Shown here piece after piece: positions 62,612 to 64,000 of a DNA stretch of 64,000 nucleotides. The position numbers and the translations under genes were made by a program. The number at the start of each line of letters is the position of its first letter. Positions within the stretch are counted from its first letter, which is position 1. Below the pieces are notes generated by a model. The model made no database searches and was not told the DNA's origin. It worked only from the letters and a program-made list of their open reading frames with translations. Origin of the DNA: an uncultured Actinomycetes bacterium (GTDB taxonomy: Bacteria; Actinomycetota; UBA4738; HRBIN12); the NCBI GenBank assembly GCA_963704885.1, contig CAVPIB010000004.1, positions 832,001 to 896,000 on the forward strand, read 5' to 3'.

Positions 62612-62766
62612 GCAACCTCCTCCGCGATCGATCCGGACAGCACGAACAGGCCCGGTCGCGACTGCGACGGGCCTCCGCGGCCAGTGTACCGAGCCCCTCG
62701 CGATCCGGACTCGACCAGATACGCGCCCTCCGCTTTACGTTTGTCGGGATCCACGGTCATGTGAGC

Positions 62767-62795
62767 TTGACGATTTTACGTTTAGCGGTTAGATT
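62767..62795 (+). promoter_or_regulatory. Sigma70-type promoter TTGACG-N17-TAGATT
   Basis: -35 at 62767-62772 and -10 at 62790-62795 in an AT-rich patch, 36 nt before the ATG at 62832. Confidence 0.65.
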
Positions 62796-62831
62796 CCACC
62801 GTAATCGTCTAATCGTAAAGGGAAGGAAGGC

Positions 62832-63852
62832 ATGCCCTCGGGACTCCCGTCAGAGGTCAAGGAAGCCATCCGATCGCGATTGGCGGCCGAAGGCTCCGTT
62901 TCAGCCGGGGAGGTCGCCGCTGCCCTTGGTGTCAGCCGACAGACCGCGCATCACCACTTGGCGCAGATGCATTCCAACGGAGAGGTCGGGCGGGTCGGGG
63001 CGGGTCGATCTACCCGGTACGTTCGAACCTCAACCTTCGAGCGCCGGTGGCCTCTGACAGGACTTCTTGAGGAACACGTGTGGCGTGAGACCCGGGAGGC
63101 CGTGCCCTGTCTTCAGGATCTCCCTACGGGATCGAAGGGCATCCTTCACTACGCGATGACGGAGATGGTCAACAACGCCATCGACCATTCCTCCGGGACG
63201 TTCGTCGACGTGACGGTCTGGTGCGAACAGGATCGCATCGCTTTCGAGGTAGCGGACGACGGAGTGGGGGCGTTCGCGAACGTTCGCGAGAAGCTCGGTC
63301 TGGCAGACGAGTTCGCCGCGATCCAGGAGTTGACGAAGGGCAAACAGACGACCGCCCCCGACCGACACACAGGTGAGGGCATCTTCTTCACCTCGAAAGC
63401 CGTTGATGTCTTCGAGCTCGAGAGCTCCGGGCTGCGTTGGATCGTGGACACGATCAGACACGATCAAGCCGTCGCCGATTCCGCCAGGCGCATCGGCACT
63501 CGGGTGCGGTGCGAGCTCGACCCGGCCACCAGCAGACGCATGGCCGACGTCTTCAACGAGTTCGCCGACCCCGACACCGGCGCCTTCGACCGAACGGAGG
63601 TCACAGTTCGGCTGTTCGAGATGTCGGACACGTTCGTGTCCCGCTCCGAAGCCAAACGACTGGGATCCCAGCTGGAACGGTTCGAGCAGGTGGTGATCGA
63701 CTTCTCGGGTGTCGAAACGGTAGGACAAGGCTTCGTCGACGAACTCTTCCGGGTCTGGGCGCGGGAGCACCCGGGGACGGTGTTGGTGCCAAGAGCACAT
63801 GAGCCCCGCCGTCGAGAGGATGATCAGGAGAGGGCTAACCGCAGGCGATTGA
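62832..63852 (+). CDS. wHTH + HATPase_c (GHKL) + STAS-like (DUF4325) protein, absent from the ORF track, +1 frameshift near 63792
   Basis: Manual translation: VAAALGVSRQTAHHHL...GAGRSTRY (wHTH), EMVNNAIDHS, DDGVG, HTGEGIFF (N/G1/G2 boxes), VSRSEAKR...IDFSGVETVGQGFVDELFRV. GGAAGG RBS. Confidence 0.82.
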
Positions 63853-63897
63853 CCCGGGGGAAGCTCTCAGCGTGCCGAGCGAGGATCAGCCGTTCCA

Positions 63898-64000
63898 TCA
63901 GCCGGTGGGGCCGGAGCGTGTGTGGCGATCCTGCGCCGCCGCGAGGCCGGCGACCACGAGCGTGCGCACGGCCTCCACGCCTTCGTCGACCAGCAGCGCA
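63898..64000 (-). CDS. pth: 3' end of probable peptidyl-tRNA hydrolase
   Basis: ALLVDEGVEAVRTLVVAGLAAAQDRH...* resembles the Pth C-terminal helix. pth commonly precedes mfd. Confidence 0.55.
   Translation of the reverse strand, partial: ALLVDEGVEAVRTLVVAGLAAAQDRHTRSGPTG

Noticed and set aside
59615-62764. Long plus-strand ORFs (440 and 599 aa), and similar ones at 42449..43951, 15623..16822 and 40647..41822
   Set aside because: These are antisense shadows of well-supported genes in high-GC DNA, with no recognisable motifs.

Overview
GC-rich actinobacterial chromosome segment. The gene order pth-mfd-PPIase-mazG...eno-divIC-S1-DUF501/ppx...tRNA-Leu(UAA) suggests a deep-branching lineage. The right part (~40.8-64 kb) is mostly housekeeping: class I aldolase, TadE/TadG-like pair, acyl-ACP desaturase, Tat-exported DUF1800/DUF1501, tRNA-Leu(UAA), epimerase, add, cyclophilin, a DUF501-Ppx fusion, eno, mazG, mfd, and an HTH-HATPase-STAS(DUF4325)-like gene inserted between pth and mfd. 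The left ~40 kb is an apparent sulfated surface-polysaccharide locus: two GT4s, a priming phosphoglycosyl transferase, a MurJ-like flippase, four sulfotransferase-family genes and a NarL/LuxR regulator. About 28 kb of it encodes eight secreted proteins: five NHL beta-propeller proteins (605 to ~2116 aa) and three GHL15-like putative glycoside hydrolases, one fused to an alpha/beta-hydrolase. Six of the eight end in 1-6 copies (24 in total) of one Trp-rich Ig-like module and have no visible covalent anchor. This is the best candidate for an undescribed system: a secreted protein coat or remodelling complex for a sulfated glycan. The locus also holds a readable ~6 kb tandem-duplication scar with microhomology junctions, which left two diverged NHL paralogues between near-identical flanks. 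Several genes carry single-base indels, probably long-read assembly errors. All family assignments are from motif recognition, not database searches.
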